The notes under the pieces: generated by a model
What the model was told of the DNA's origin: nothing
The model's input: only the letters and a program-made list of their open reading frames with translations
Databases searched by the model: none
Shown: one piece after another, positions 24,945 to 33,960 of the stretch
Layout: the number at the start of each line of letters is the position of its first letter
Position numbering within the stretch: the stretch's first letter is position 1
Program-made: the position numbers and the translations under genes
Origin: Candidatus Methylomirabilis sp.
Lineage (GTDB): Bacteria > Methylomirabilota > Methylomirabilia > Methylomirabilales > CSP1-5
NCBI GenBank assembly: GCA_035655535.1
Contig: DASRUH010000175.1
Coordinates: forward strand, 1-34,179
Reading direction: 5' to 3'
DNA: 34,179 nucleotides

Positions 24945-27032
24945 CTAGTCCTCTTCCTCCTCTTTCTTGGCCGCGGCCACCAGTTTCTCCTGAATGTGGG
25001 CCGGTACTTCTTCGAAGTGCGAAAACTCCATGGTGTAGTCTCCCCGGTCGGCGGTGAGCGAGCGGAGTGTGGTGGCATACTCGAGCATCTCTGCCAGAGG
25101 GACCGACGCCTTGATGGCCTGGCTTTTGCTCTTGCCCACGACCCCCATCACCCGCCCCCGCCGCGAATTGAGATCACCAATCACGTCCCCGATGGCGTCA
25201 TCCGGCGCGACGATCTCCGCCGCCATAACCGGCTCCAGAAGGACGGGAGTGGCCTGCTGGACGGCCTTCTTCAGGGCCATGGAGCCGGCAATCTTGAAGG
25301 CCATTTCCGAAGAGTCCACGCTGTGGTACGAGCCGTCATAGACGGTGATTCTGATGTCGGTCACCGGATAGCCGGCCAACGCCCCTCCGTCCATGGCCTC
25401 CACGATTCCTTTCTCCACTGCTGGGATGTACTGCCTGGGGATGGAGCCGCCGACGACCTGATTGACGAATTCGTAGCCTTTCCCGCGTGGCAGGGGCTCG
25501 ATCTTGATCCAGCAGTCGCCGTACTGCCCGCGGCCACCGGTCTGTTTCTTGTACTTCCCCTGCACGGAGGCCGTCCCGCGGATGGTCTCCTTGTACGGGA
25601 CGCGCGGGGTCTTCATGACGACCTCCGCCCCGAACTTTCGCTTGAGGCGGTCCACCGCTACCTCCAGGTGGACCTTCCCCATCCCCGAGACGATGGTCTC
25701 CTTGGTCTGCTGATCCCGGCCCACCTTGAGGCTCGGATCTTCTTCCAGGAGGCGGCTCAATCCGCCGGAGAGCTTTTCCTCATCCCCCTTGGATTTGGGG
25801 GCGACCGCGTACGAGATCAGCGGGGTCGACGTCGGAAGGGGGTCGAGGAGGATCGGGGATCGTTCATCGCAGAGGGTATCCCCCGTGCCCGTCTCCTTCA
25901 GCTTGACCACGGCACCGATGTCTCCGGGCCCCACAGCGGCGACGGATGTCTGCTGTTTTCCCCGAAGGAGCGAGAGCTGTCCGATGCGCTCCCGGACCCG
26001 CTTGGTCGCGTTATACACGCTGCTGTCGGAACTCAACTGCCCGGCGTACACCCGGAAGACGCTGATTTTGCCGGCGTACGGGTCGCTGATGGTCTTGAAG
26101 ACCCACGCGGTGAGCGGCTCCTCCAGCCGGGTCTGCCTGACGATCCGGTCCCCGGATTTCACGTCGGTGCCCTCCACCGGCGGCCGATGCAGGGGGGAAG
26201 GACCGCACTCGAGGAGAAAATCGAGGAGGGGCTGCACCCCGATGTTCCGGCTGGCCGATCCGCAGCAGACGGGGAAGAGCCGCCGCGCACCGATGGCCCG
26301 GCGCAGGCCGTGCCGCAGCTCTTCCGGGGTGAGGTTGCCGCTCGCCAGGTAGCTTTCCAGCAGCGCATCGTCGGATTCCGCCACCGCTTCGACGAGCGCA
26401 TGCTGCAGCTCTCCCGCGCGGCGCGTGAGCTCGGAGGGGGCGTCATCTTCCTTGGACTTTCCCGACGCGTCCCCCGGAAACGTGACGGCCTTCATCGTCA
26501 GGAGATCCACGACCCCCCGGAAGCCCGCCTCGGCCCCGATGGGCAGCGCGACCGGGATGGCCGCCGCCTGCAGGCTCTTGCGGATATCCTCGAGGCAGCG
26601 GAACAGGTCGGCCCGCTCCCGATCCATCTTGTTGACAAAGAAGACCACGGGGAGACCGTACTCCTCGGCGAATCCCCACACCTTTTCCGTCTGGACCTTG
26701 ACGCCGTCCACGCCGCTCACGAGGATCACGGCCAGATCCGCCACGCGCATGCAGATCCGCGTATCGGTCAAGAAATTCGAGAAGCCGGGGGTGTCGATGA
26801 GATTGACCTTGACCCCTTTCCAATCGACGGTGGCGACCGCTGCGCTGATGCTGATGCCCCGTTTGATCTCGTCCTCGTCACAATCGGTCGCCGTATTCCC
26901 TTCCTCGACGCGCCCCAGGCGACTGATCGCCCCGGTGTCGAAGAGGATCGCCTCGGTGAGTGAGGTCTTGCCCTCCTGCGCGTGGCCCACGATCGCCACA
27001 TTCCGGATCTGCGCGACCTCGTACGCTTTCAT
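24945..27032 (-). CDS. elongation factor G paralog (EF-G2 / EFG-II type)
   Basis: The 695-aa ORF has full five-domain EF-G-like length. G1 is GHAQEGKTS, G2 is RGISI, G3 is DTPGF (canonical is DTPGH) and G4 is NKMD. The N-terminus resembles Thermus EF-G-2 (VGHxxxGKT..EA.L..TGA...GRVEEG.T..D). It is not in a str-operon context. Confidence 0.9.
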   Translation of the reverse strand: MKAYEVAQIRNVAIVGHAQEGKTSLTEAILFDTGAISRLGRVEEGNTATDCDEDEIKRGISISAAVATVDWKGVKVNLIDTPGFSNFLTDTRICMRVADLAVILVSGVDGVKVQTEKVWGFAEEYGLPVVFFVNKMDRERADLFRCLEDIRKSLQAAAIPVALPIGAEAGFRGVVDLLTMKAVTFPGDASGKSKEDDAPSELTRRAGELQHALVEAVAESDDALLESYLASGNLTPEELRHGLRRAIGARRLFPVCCGSASRNIGVQPLLDFLLECGPSPLHRPPVEGTDVKSGDRIVRQTRLEEPLTAWVFKTISDPYAGKISVFRVYAGQLSSDSSVYNATKRVRERIGQLSLLRGKQQTSVAAVGPGDIGAVVKLKETGTGDTLCDERSPILLDPLPTSTPLISYAVAPKSKGDEEKLSGGLSRLLEEDPSLKVGRDQQTKETIVSGMGKVHLEVAVDRLKRKFGAEVVMKTPRVPYKETIRGTASVQGKYKKQTGGRGQYGDCWIKIEPLPRGKGYEFVNQVVGGSIPRQYIPAVEKGIVEAMDGGALAGYPVTDIRITVYDGSYHSVDSSEMAFKIAGSMALKKAVQQATPVLLEPVMAAEIVAPDDAIGDVIGDLNSRRGRVMGVVGKSKSQAIKASVPLAEMLEYATTLRSLTADRGDYTMEFSHFEEVPAHIQEKLVAAAKKEEEED

Positions 27033-27117
27033 CGGTTCCCCCTGATGATCAGCCGGAATGAGTGCTCCGCACTGCTCCCACGGCCTTTAGGTATCATACC
27101 GCCCGTCGGAGTGTAAA

Positions 27118-27146
27118 GGGAAAAAACAAAACGCCGTTTCGCTTTG
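27118..27146 (-). terminator. second terminator-like hairpin downstream of rplQ
   Basis: In minus sense: CAAAGCG-AAACGG-CGTTTTG, a 7-bp stem including one G-U pair, followed by TTTTTTCCC. Confidence 0.45.
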
Positions 27147-27195
27147 CGCGGCCCGGCGACAGGGGCCGCCCCCGGAGTCCGTTCCCGATTCCGGG

Positions 27196-27233
27196 AACAG
27201 AAAAGCCCCGAGATCGTTATGACCTCGGGGCTT
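27196..27233 (-). terminator. intrinsic terminator-like hairpin after rplQ (end of the alpha operon)
   Basis: In minus sense: AAGCCCCGAG-(gtcataacgat)-CTCGGGGCTT followed by TTCTGTT. It begins 16 nt after the rplQ stop. Confidence 0.55.
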
Positions 27234-27249
27234 CCGTCGTCCGACCCCC

Positions 27250-27678
27250 TTACCGGGCGGCGGCGGGCTGCTCCTTCTTCTTCTCCGCCTTGCTCCCCTT
27301 GGCCGCCGCGGGAGGGGCCTGCTCCGGGATGATGAGCTCCACCGCGGCTAGCGGGGCGCCGTCCCCCACGCGATACTCGAGCTTGGTGATCCGGGTATAG
27401 CCTCCGTTCCACCCCCGGTACCGATCGCCGATGGTCTCGAAGAGCTTCTTCAACACCCGTTCGTCCTGGATGACCTCGGCCGCCTGCCGCCGGGCGTGGA
27501 GGTCTTGACGCTTCGCGAGCGTGATCATCCGCTCGGCAATTCTCCTGAGCTCCTTCGCCTTGGCGACGGTCGTGATAATCTTCTCATAGAGGAGCAGAGA
27601 GGTCGTCAGGTTGCGCAGCAAGGCCTCGCGGTGGGCCGAGGTGCGTCCGAGCTTCCGTCGGAGTTTTCGGTGCCGCAT
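27250..27678 (-). CDS. rplQ: 50S ribosomal protein L17
   Basis: [24 protein letters not shown] is a canonical L17 N-terminus. The protein has an Ala/Lys-rich C-terminal tail. Confidence 0.96.
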   Translation of the reverse strand: MRHRKLRRKLGRTSAHREALLRNLTTSLLLYEKIITTVAKAKELRRIAERMITLAKRQDLHARRQAAEVIQDERVLKKLFETIGDRYRGWNGGYTRITKLEYRVGDGAPLAAVELIIPEQAPPAAAKGSKAEKKKEQPAAAR

Positions 27679-27690
27679 CGGGTCCCTCCG

Positions 27691-28701
27691 TCACTTCTCA
27701 TCCGCTTTCTTCTTGGCCGACCAGGGACCGCCGGGAACGTCGTCCAGCTTCGTCCCGAACTGCAGGTTCATGGTGGACAGGATCTCTTTGATCTCGTTCA
27801 GGGACTTGCGCCCGAAGTTCTTGGTCTTGAGCATCTCGGCTTCCGTCTTCTGCACCAGTTGCCAGATGTGCTGGATGCTGGAGTTCTTCAGGCAGTTGGC
27901 CGACCGGACGGAAAGCTCGAGCTCCTCCACGGGCCGCAGGAGGTACTCGGCGAGCCGTTCCTTCTCGCCGTCCACCACCCGCATCTCTTCCTCCGGCTCC
28001 TCATCGAAGGTAATAAAAATGTTGAGGTGGTCCTTCAGGATGCGCGCCGCTTGCACCACCGCTTCCTGCGGCAGGATGCTGCCGTCCGTCCAGACCTCCA
28101 GGATCAGCTTATTGTAATCCGTGGCATGGCCCACCCGCGTATCTTCGACGTAGTAGTTCACCCGGGCGATGGGGGAGAAGACCGAATCGACGGGAACCAT
28201 GTCCACCGGCTGGCTCTCCCGCTTGTTGCGGTCGGCGGCGACATAGCCCCGGCCCCTGCCCACTTCGATTTCCATCTCTAGCTTGCCGTCTTTGTCCAGT
28301 GTCGTAATGTAGAGATCGCCGTTCAAGATCTCGACATCACCAACGGGCTCGATCTGCGAGGCGCGGACCTCCCCGGGGCCGGTGGCCTTGAGGTGGAGGG
28401 TCCTGGGTCCCTCCCCCGCCATCTTGACGCGGAGGGCTTTCACATTCAGCATGAGATCCGTCACATCTTCCTTGACACCAGGGATGGTGGAGAACTCGTG
28501 ATACACGCCGGGGATCCGCACCGCGGTCACCGCGGCCCCCTCGATGGAAGAGAGGAGCACCCGACGCAGGGAGTTGCCCAGGGTCTGACCGTATCCCCGC
28601 TCCAACGGCTCGGCGATGAACTTGCCGTACGTACTGGTCAAGGTCTCCAGTTCGCACTCCAGCCGCTTGGGCTTCTGGAAGCCCTTCACTTTCTGCAGCA
28701 T
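27691..28701 (-). CDS. rpoA: DNA-directed RNA polymerase subunit alpha
   Basis: The 336-aa ORF has an NTD (LERGYGQTLGNSLRRVLLSS) and a CTD (LELSVRSANCLK). It sits between rpsD and rplQ. Confidence 0.97.
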   Translation of the reverse strand: MLQKVKGFQKPKRLECELETLTSTYGKFIAEPLERGYGQTLGNSLRRVLLSSIEGAAVTAVRIPGVYHEFSTIPGVKEDVTDLMLNVKALRVKMAGEGPRTLHLKATGPGEVRASQIEPVGDVEILNGDLYITTLDKDGKLEMEIEVGRGRGYVAADRNKRESQPVDMVPVDSVFSPIARVNYYVEDTRVGHATDYNKLILEVWTDGSILPQEAVVQAARILKDHLNIFITFDEEPEEEMRVVDGEKERLAEYLLRPVEELELSVRSANCLKNSSIQHIWQLVQKTEAEMLKTKNFGRKSLNEIKEILSTMNLQFGTKLDDVPGGPWSAKKKADEK

Positions 28702-28754
28702 CTACGCCATCCTCCCTGTCCCCGTCCTCGGGGGGAACGTCGACGCTTCGCCCG

Positions 28755-29387
28755 CTACTTGGAATACAAGGCTACCACCAGCTGTTCCTGGACCGGGAGC
28801 ACGATATTGTCTCGGGCCGGCAGGCCCCGCACCACCCCCCGCAGCGCCTGGGCGTCCAGCTCGAGCCAGGACGGTAGACCCCGCTTCTGGGCCCCCTCCA
28901 CGGCCGCCTTGATTGCGACGAGCTCCCGGCTCTTTTCCGCAACCGCGATTTGGTCCCCGACCCGGACCAGAAAGGACGGGATGTCCGCCCGCCGCCCGTT
29001 CACCAGGAAGTGACCGTGCGTCACCAGCTGTCTCGCCTCGGCGCGCGATGCGGCGAGACACAAACGGTACACCACAGTATCGAGTCGCCGCTCCAACAGG
29101 CGGAGGAGGTTCTCGCCGGTGATCCCTTGCTGCCGCGCCGCCATGTGGAAGTAGTTGCGGAACTGCCGCTCCATGATTCCATAAATCCGCTTCATCTTTT
29201 GCTTCTCGCGAAGCTGCAACCCGTAGTCCGTCATCTTCTTCACGCGTCGGCGCTGACCGTGCGCTCCGGGAGGATAGTTCCGCTTCTCGATGGCGCACTT
29301 CGGGCTGAAGCAGCGGTCTCCCTTGAGGAAGAGCTTCAACCCTTCCCGCCGGCACAGCTTACAGACGGAACCGGTGTATCTCGCCAC
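28755..29387 (-). CDS. rpsD: 30S ribosomal protein S4
   Basis: [31 protein letters not shown] carries the Cys4 zinc-type N-terminus. An S4 domain follows. Confidence 0.97.
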   Translation of the reverse strand: MARYTGSVCKLCRREGLKLFLKGDRCFSPKCAIEKRNYPPGAHGQRRRVKKMTDYGLQLREKQKMKRIYGIMERQFRNYFHMAARQQGITGENLLRLLERRLDTVVYRLCLAASRAEARQLVTHGHFLVNGRRADIPSFLVRVGDQIAVAEKSRELVAIKAAVEGAQKRGLPSWLELDAQALRGVVRGLPARDNIVLPVQEQLVVALYSK

Positions 29388-29402
29388 GCTCGCGACTCCT
29401 CC

Positions 29403-29807
29403 TCACACTCGACGACGCTTCGGCGGACGGCAGCCGTTATGCGGGATGGGGGTGACATCCTTAATGGCCGTGACCTCGAGGCCCGCCGCCTGCAGCGCCC
29501 GGATGGCCGCCTCGCGCCCGGCACCCGGGCCCTTGACATAGACCTTGACATCCTTCATGCCATGGGCTCTCGCCTTCTGGGCCGCGTTCTCCGCGGCCGT
29601 CTGCGCCGCGAAGGGGGTACTCTTCCGGGACCCCTTGAAGCCCACGGTGCCCGCACTCGACCAACTCACCACATTCCCCTTGAGATCGGTGATGCTGATA
29701 ATGGTATTGTTAAAGGTGGCCTGGACATGGGCGATCCCTTGCGCGATGTTCTTGACCTCCTTCTTGGGACCCGCCCGTGGTGCCCTTTGCCGCCGCTCCG
29801 TTGCCAT
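29403..29807 (-). CDS. rpsK: 30S ribosomal protein S11
   Basis: The 134-aa ORF contains ...[40 protein letters not shown]. Confidence 0.97.
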   Translation of the reverse strand: MATERRQRAPRAGPKKEVKNIAQGIAHVQATFNNTIISITDLKGNVVSWSSAGTVGFKGSRKSTPFAAQTAAENAAQKARAHGMKDVKVYVKGPGAGREAAIRALQAAGLEVTAIKDVTPIPHNGCRPPKRRRV

Positions 29808-29822
29808 ATCCCCCTCTCCGTG

Positions 29823-30203
29823 CTACTTCGGTGTTGGCTTCCGCCGGGCGCCCGCCGACCGGCGCGGCCCCTTGCGCGTCCGTGCATTCGTGTGGGTCCG
29901 CTGGCCCCGCACGGGGAGCCCGCGCCGATGACGCTGCCCCCGGTAGCAGCCGATGTCGATCAGGCGCTTGGTGTTCATGCTTACATCCCGGCGCAGATCC
30001 CCTTCGACCCGGTGATGCCCCTCGATGACCCGGCGGAGGCGGGTGACCTCGTCCTCTGTCAGGTTCTTCACCCGGACATTGGGGCTGACATTGGCCTCCG
30101 CGAGGATCTTGAGCGACGTCGGGCGCCCGATCCCGTAGAGGTACGTGAGGGCCACCGCGAGCCGCTTCTCTCGGGGAAGATCAACCCCTGCAATCCGCGC
30201 CAT
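29823..30203 (-). CDS. rpsM: 30S ribosomal protein S13
   Basis: [26 protein letters not shown] is a canonical S13 N-terminus. GAGGTGAGAGG lies directly upstream of the ATG. Confidence 0.97.
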   Translation of the reverse strand: MARIAGVDLPREKRLAVALTYLYGIGRPTSLKILAEANVSPNVRVKNLTEDEVTRLRRVIEGHHRVEGDLRRDVSMNTKRLIDIGCYRGQRHRRGLPVRGQRTHTNARTRKGPRRSAGARRKPTPK

Positions 30204-30220
30204 CCTCTCACCTCGCTAGC

Positions 30221-30290
30221 CGTGGTTGGTGAATGGTGCCTGGTGGTTGGTGCCTTTCACCAATCACTCATCACCAATCACTGTTCACTA
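30221..30290. repeat. inverted heptamer arrays in the rpmJ-rpsM spacer
   Basis: The left arm is CGTGGTT GGTGAAT GGTGCCT GGTGGTT GGTGCCT (30221-30255). It is followed immediately by the right arm TTCACCA ATCACTC ATCACCA ATCACTG TTCACTA (30256-30290). GGTGGTTGGTG pairs with CACCAATCAC around a CCTTT loop. Confidence 0.9.
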
Positions 30291-30296
30291 CTTCCG

Positions 30297-30410
30297 CTAG
30301 CCTTGCCGCTGTTTGTGCCGCGGGTTCTCGCAGACGATCCGCACGACACCCTTGCGCTTGATCACCTTGCACTTTTCACAGATGGGTTTCACCGACGCCC
30401 GTACTTTCAC
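30297..30410 (-). CDS. rpmJ: 50S ribosomal protein L36 (zinc-binding type)
   Basis: This gene is not in the ORF track because it is under 60 aa. Hand translation gives (GTG)[43 protein letters not shown] sits 8 nt upstream. It lies between infA and rpsM. Confidence 0.9.
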   Translation of the reverse strand: MKVRASVKPICEKCKVIKRKGVVRIVCENPRHKQRQG

Positions 30411-30423
30411 GACAGCCTCCGGC

Positions 30424-30479
30424 GGTCAGCTGTCAGCAACCAGCCGGGGCCTCTCACGGCTGACCGCCGACTGCTGGCA
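30424..30479. repeat. inverted heptamer arrays in the infA-rpmJ spacer
   Basis: The left arm is GGTCAGC TGTCAGC AACCAGC (30424-30444). A 14-nt spacer follows. The right arm is GCTGACC GCCGACT GCTGGCA (30459-30479). GCTGACC is the exact reverse complement of GGTCAGC. GGCGGTCAGC and GCTGACCGCC form a 10-bp stem. Confidence 0.9.
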
Positions 30480-30480
30480 G

Positions 30481-30723
30481 CTATTTATAACGGTACGTGA
30501 TCCGGCCCCGGCTCAAGTCGTACGGGCTCAGCTCCACGATCACCTTGTCGCCGGGGAGGATTCGGATGAAGTGCATCCGCATCTTCCCCGAGATGTGGGC
30601 CAGAACCTTATGGCCCGTTTCGAGCTCCACCCGAAACATGGCGTTCGGGAGGGACTCCACCACGGTCCCCTCGACCTCGATCGCCTCTTCCTTTTTCGTC
30701 TGTCCCGTGTTCTTCTTGGCCAT
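30481..30723 (-). CDS. infA: translation initiation factor IF-1
   Basis: The 80-aa ORF contains ...[63 protein letters not shown]. Confidence 0.96.
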   Translation of the reverse strand: MAKKNTGQTKKEEAIEVEGTVVESLPNAMFRVELETGHKVLAHISGKMRMHFIRILPGDKVIVELSPYDLSRGRITYRYK

Positions 30724-30730
30724 CGGCCTG

Positions 30731-31552
30731 CTACCACCCCTCTCCCGCTGCGGTGCGGGTCAGGATCTCAGGGCCATTCTCGGTAATGGCCACCGTGTGC
30801 TCGAAGTGGGCGGAGAGCGACCGATCCTTGCTCACGGCGGTCCACTTATCCTCCAGGATCATCACCTCATGGGTCCCGGCATTGACCATCGGTTCGACGG
30901 CGAGCACCATCCCCGGCCTGAGGACGGGGCCGCGGGACGGCGGACCGAAGTTCGGGACCTGCGGCTCTTCGTGCAGGGCCCGCCCGATCCCATGGCCGAC
31001 GAAGATCCGCACGACGGAGAAGCCGTGCGACTCGACATGACGCTGGATCGCATGGGAAATATCGCTCAGATGCCGCCCGGGGGTCGCCTGCGCGATCCCG
31101 CGGTGCAGGGCCTCCCGGGTCACTTCGAGAAGCCGACGCGTGTCCGGCGAGACCTCCCCCACCGCCACCGTGATCGCGGCATCGCCGTAATACCCGTCGA
31201 CGATCGCTCCCAGATCCAGGCTCACGATATCGCCTTCCTTGAGCGGCCGGTCGCCGGGGAGGCCGTGGACCACCTGCTCGTTGATCGACGTGCACAGGGT
31301 GAAGGGGTAGCCCCGGTAGCCCTTGAACGCGGGAGTCGCCCCCCGGTCCCGCAGAAAGGCCTCGGCAAAGCGGTCAAGCTCCATCGTCTTCACCCCGGGT
31401 CGGCTCATCGCCCCCAGCGCTACCAAGGCGTCGGCGACGATCCGACTGGCCCGCCCGATCCGCTCCACCTCCCACAGCGCCTTGAATTCAATGGCGCTGC
31501 TGGGCGGCTGCTTGACCGCCTCGCCCTTCCAAGACGCCCGCGATCCGCGCAA
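30731..31552 (-). CDS. map: type I methionine aminopeptidase
   Basis: The ORF shows a MAP fold pattern (...[17 protein letters not shown]..., [12 protein letters not shown]). The only in-frame start upstream of the conserved core is the TTG at 31552, preceded by GGGGGAGG. This start gives a 65-nt overlap with adk. Confidence 0.88.
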   Translation of the reverse strand: MRGSRASWKGEAVKQPPSSAIEFKALWEVERIGRASRIVADALVALGAMSRPGVKTMELDRFAEAFLRDRGATPAFKGYRGYPFTLCTSINEQVVHGLPGDRPLKEGDIVSLDLGAIVDGYYGDAAITVAVGEVSPDTRRLLEVTREALHRGIAQATPGRHLSDISHAIQRHVESHGFSVVRIFVGHGIGRALHEEPQVPNFGPPSRGPVLRPGMVLAVEPMVNAGTHEVMILEDKWTAVSKDRSLSAHFEHTVAITENGPEILTRTAAGEGW

Positions 31553-32165
31553 AGACCTCCCCCGTGTCGCCCGATCCGTTCACGTGCTTCACGAGCCCCC
31601 GGGCCTGGTAATAGCTGATCAGGGGCTCGGTCTGTTCTCGATACACGCGCAGGCGGCGACGGATCGTCTCCTCCCGATCATCCTCCCGCTGGATGAGCCG
31701 TCCGCCGCACGCATCACAGGTCCCTTCCACCTTCGGCGGATGGGACTCGACGTGAAAAACGGCCCCACAGGCCGGGCATGTCCGGCGTCCTGAGAGACGC
31801 CGCACCAGTTCCGCTTCCGCCACGTCCAGGCTCACCACGCAGGGCAGCGGAGCACCGAGCTCCGTCAGCATGCGCGTCAGCGCCTCGGCCTGCGTAACGG
31901 TGCGGGGGAAACCGTCGAGCAAGTACCCGCGCTGGCAGTCAGGCTGATGCAGCCGTTCCCGGACGATCCCGATCACGACCTCGTCGGGGACCAGCGCCCC
32001 ACGATCCATGTAGCTCTTCGCCTCCCGCCCCAGGGGCGTTCCGGCCGCTACCGCGGACCGCAGGATGTCCCCGGTCGAGATCTGGGGGACGCCGTACCGC
32101 TCGGTGAGCATCTTCGCCTGGGTCCCCTTTCCCGCTCCGGGAGGACCCAAGAGAATGCCGCGCAT
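31488..32165 (-). CDS. adk: adenylate kinase (Cys4 zinc lid)
   Basis: The P-loop [10 protein letters not shown] is present, and the lid is CPACG...CDACGG. The gene lies between secY and map. Confidence 0.95.
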   Translation of the reverse strand: MRGILLGPPGAGKGTQAKMLTERYGVPQISTGDILRSAVAAGTPLGREAKSYMDRGALVPDEVVIGIVRERLHQPDCQRGYLLDGFPRTVTQAEALTRMLTELGAPLPCVVSLDVAEAELVRRLSGRRTCPACGAVFHVESHPPKVEGTCDACGGRLIQREDDREETIRRRLRVYREQTEPLISYYQARGLVKHVNGSGDTGEVFARIAGVLEGRGGQAAAQQRH

Positions 32166-32209
32166 CCCTAAACCCCTAGTTTATCGAAAATCCCGACAGT
32201 ATTCAAGCA

Positions 32210-33514
32210 TCAGAAGGCCCGCCCCCTCATCTTCCCCTTCTTCAGAAAGCCTTCGTAGTGCCGCATCAGGAGATGCGCCTCGATCTGCTGTGCCGTGTCC
32301 AGCGCCACCCCCACCACGATGAGCAGGGACGTCCCCCCGAAGAAGAAAGGGACATTGGCCCACACGATCAGGACTTCCGGCAGGACGGAGATCAGCGCCA
32401 GGTAGACCGCCCCGACGAAGGTGATGCGATCGAGTACGCGTTCGATGAACTCCGCCGTCTTGGCCCCCGGACGGATGCCGGGGATGAAACCTCCATATTT
32501 TTTCAGATTCTCCGCCACATCCGCCGGATTGAAGATGATGGCGGTGTAGAAATATGTGAAGAAGATGATGCTGCCGCCGTAGAGGAGGAAGTAGGTGAAC
32601 GTCCCGGGCGACATGGCCTGCACCATCCACTCCACCCAAGGGTGAGAGATGAATCGGGCGATGGTCGGCGGAAACACGATGATGGACGCGGCGAAGATCA
32701 CCGGAATCACCCCCGCCGTGTTGACCCGCAGGGGGATGTGGGTCGCCTGCCCCCCATACACCTTGCGGCCGACGACGCGCTTGGCGTACTGGACCGGGAT
32801 GGGACGCTGGCCCAGGGTCATGACGACCACCCCGGCCACCACCAGGACCATGATGACCACGAGAAAGAGGAGAACGTACGCCTTCATCTCGCCCGTCGAG
32901 AGGAGCTCGTATGAGCGGTACATGGCCTCGGGGAGATTCACGATAATGCCGGCAAAGATGAGCAAGGAGATGCCGTTCCCGATCCCCCGCTCGGAGATCT
33001 GCTCCCCGAGCCACATCAGCAACACGCTCCCGGCGGTGAGGGTGAGCGTCGCCATGATCCGGAAGCCCCAGCCCGGATTCGGCACGACGGGTTGGCCGTT
33101 GGCGGTGACCCCTTCGAGGCCGATGGAAATGCCCATCCCCTGGATCAGGGCGATGAGGACCGTACCGTAGCGAGTGTACTGCGTGATCTTCTTGCGCCCC
33201 TCGGCTCCCTCCTTCTGCATCCGCTCGATGGCCGGAACCACCACGGCCAGGAGTTGCAGAATGATCGAGGCGTCGATATACGGCATGACCCCGAGGGCGA
33301 AGATGCTGGCCCGCCTGAGCGCCCCGCCCGCGAACAGATCGAAGAAACCGAAGAGCGTCCCCGCAGCTCTCTCGAACACCTCCCCCAGCACGCTCGCGTC
33401 GATCCCGGGCGTCGGGATGTGGGCCCCGAGCCGGAAGACGAACAGGGCCACGCAGGTAAACAGAATGCGTTTCCGGAGCTCGGGAATCCTGACAATGTTG
33501 ACGACGTCGCTCAT
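32210..33514 (-). CDS. secY: preprotein translocase subunit SecY
   Basis: The 434-aa ORF is a polytopic membrane protein beginning ...[11 protein letters not shown]... It follows rplO with an ATGA overlap. Confidence 0.96.
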   Translation of the reverse strand: MSDVVNIVRIPELRKRILFTCVALFVFRLGAHIPTPGIDASVLGEVFERAAGTLFGFFDLFAGGALRRASIFALGVMPYIDASIILQLLAVVVPAIERMQKEGAEGRKKITQYTRYGTVLIALIQGMGISIGLEGVTANGQPVVPNPGWGFRIMATLTLTAGSVLLMWLGEQISERGIGNGISLLIFAGIIVNLPEAMYRSYELLSTGEMKAYVLLFLVVIMVLVVAGVVVMTLGQRPIPVQYAKRVVGRKVYGGQATHIPLRVNTAGVIPVIFAASIIVFPPTIARFISHPWVEWMVQAMSPGTFTYFLLYGGSIIFFTYFYTAIIFNPADVAENLKKYGGFIPGIRPGAKTAEFIERVLDRITFVGAVYLALISVLPEVLIVWANVPFFFGGTSLLIVVGVALDTAQQIEAHLLMRHYEGFLKKGKMRGRAF

Positions 33515-33960
33515 CGCTCGGCGATCACCTCGGCCGCGCCCCCTGCCGCCCGAATCTTGCGCAGGGCCGCCTCGGAAAACCGATGGGCCTCCACCGTGAG
33601 CGGGTGGGACAGCTCGCCCTCCCCGAGGATCTTCACCCCGTCCTTCACGGCCCTGATGAGGCCCCGTTCCAGCAGCAGACGGGGGGTGACGGTCGTCCCG
33701 GCCTCAATGCGGTCCAGGTCCCGCAGATTGACGATGGCATACTCCTTGCGAAACGGATTCCGAAACCCCCGCTTGGGCAGGCGGCGGACAAGCGGCATCT
33801 GCCCCCCCTCGAACCAGGCGGGAATTGACTGCCCCGCCCGCGCCTTCTGCCCCTTGTCTCCCCGGCCGGAGGTCTGTCCGTGTCCCGATCCCGGCCCCCG
33901 CCCGACCCGCTTGCGCGGCCTGCGCGAGCCCGGGGCCGGCTTGAGATCGTGCAACCTCAT
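33511..33960 (-). CDS. rplO: 50S ribosomal protein L15
   Basis: [34 protein letters not shown] is a canonical L15 N-terminus. The ATG at 33960 is preceded by GGGAGG. The track start at 33987 adds 9 unlikely residues. Confidence 0.93.
   Translation of the reverse strand: MRLHDLKPAPGSRRPRKRVGRGPGSGHGQTSGRGDKGQKARAGQSIPAWFEGGQMPLVRRLPKRGFRNPFRKEYAIVNLRDLDRIEAGTTVTPRLLLERGLIRAVKDGVKILGEGELSHPLTVEAHRFSEAALRKIRAAGGAAEVIAER

Noticed and set aside
27062-27117. A TATGAT -10-like hexamer with a T-rich upstream tract ahead of the EF-G2 gene, considered as a promoter.
   Set aside because: No acceptable -35 hexamer lies at 16-18-nt spacing. The TTTACA is only 13 nt away, and there is no extended -10 TG. 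This is too weak to report as a feature.
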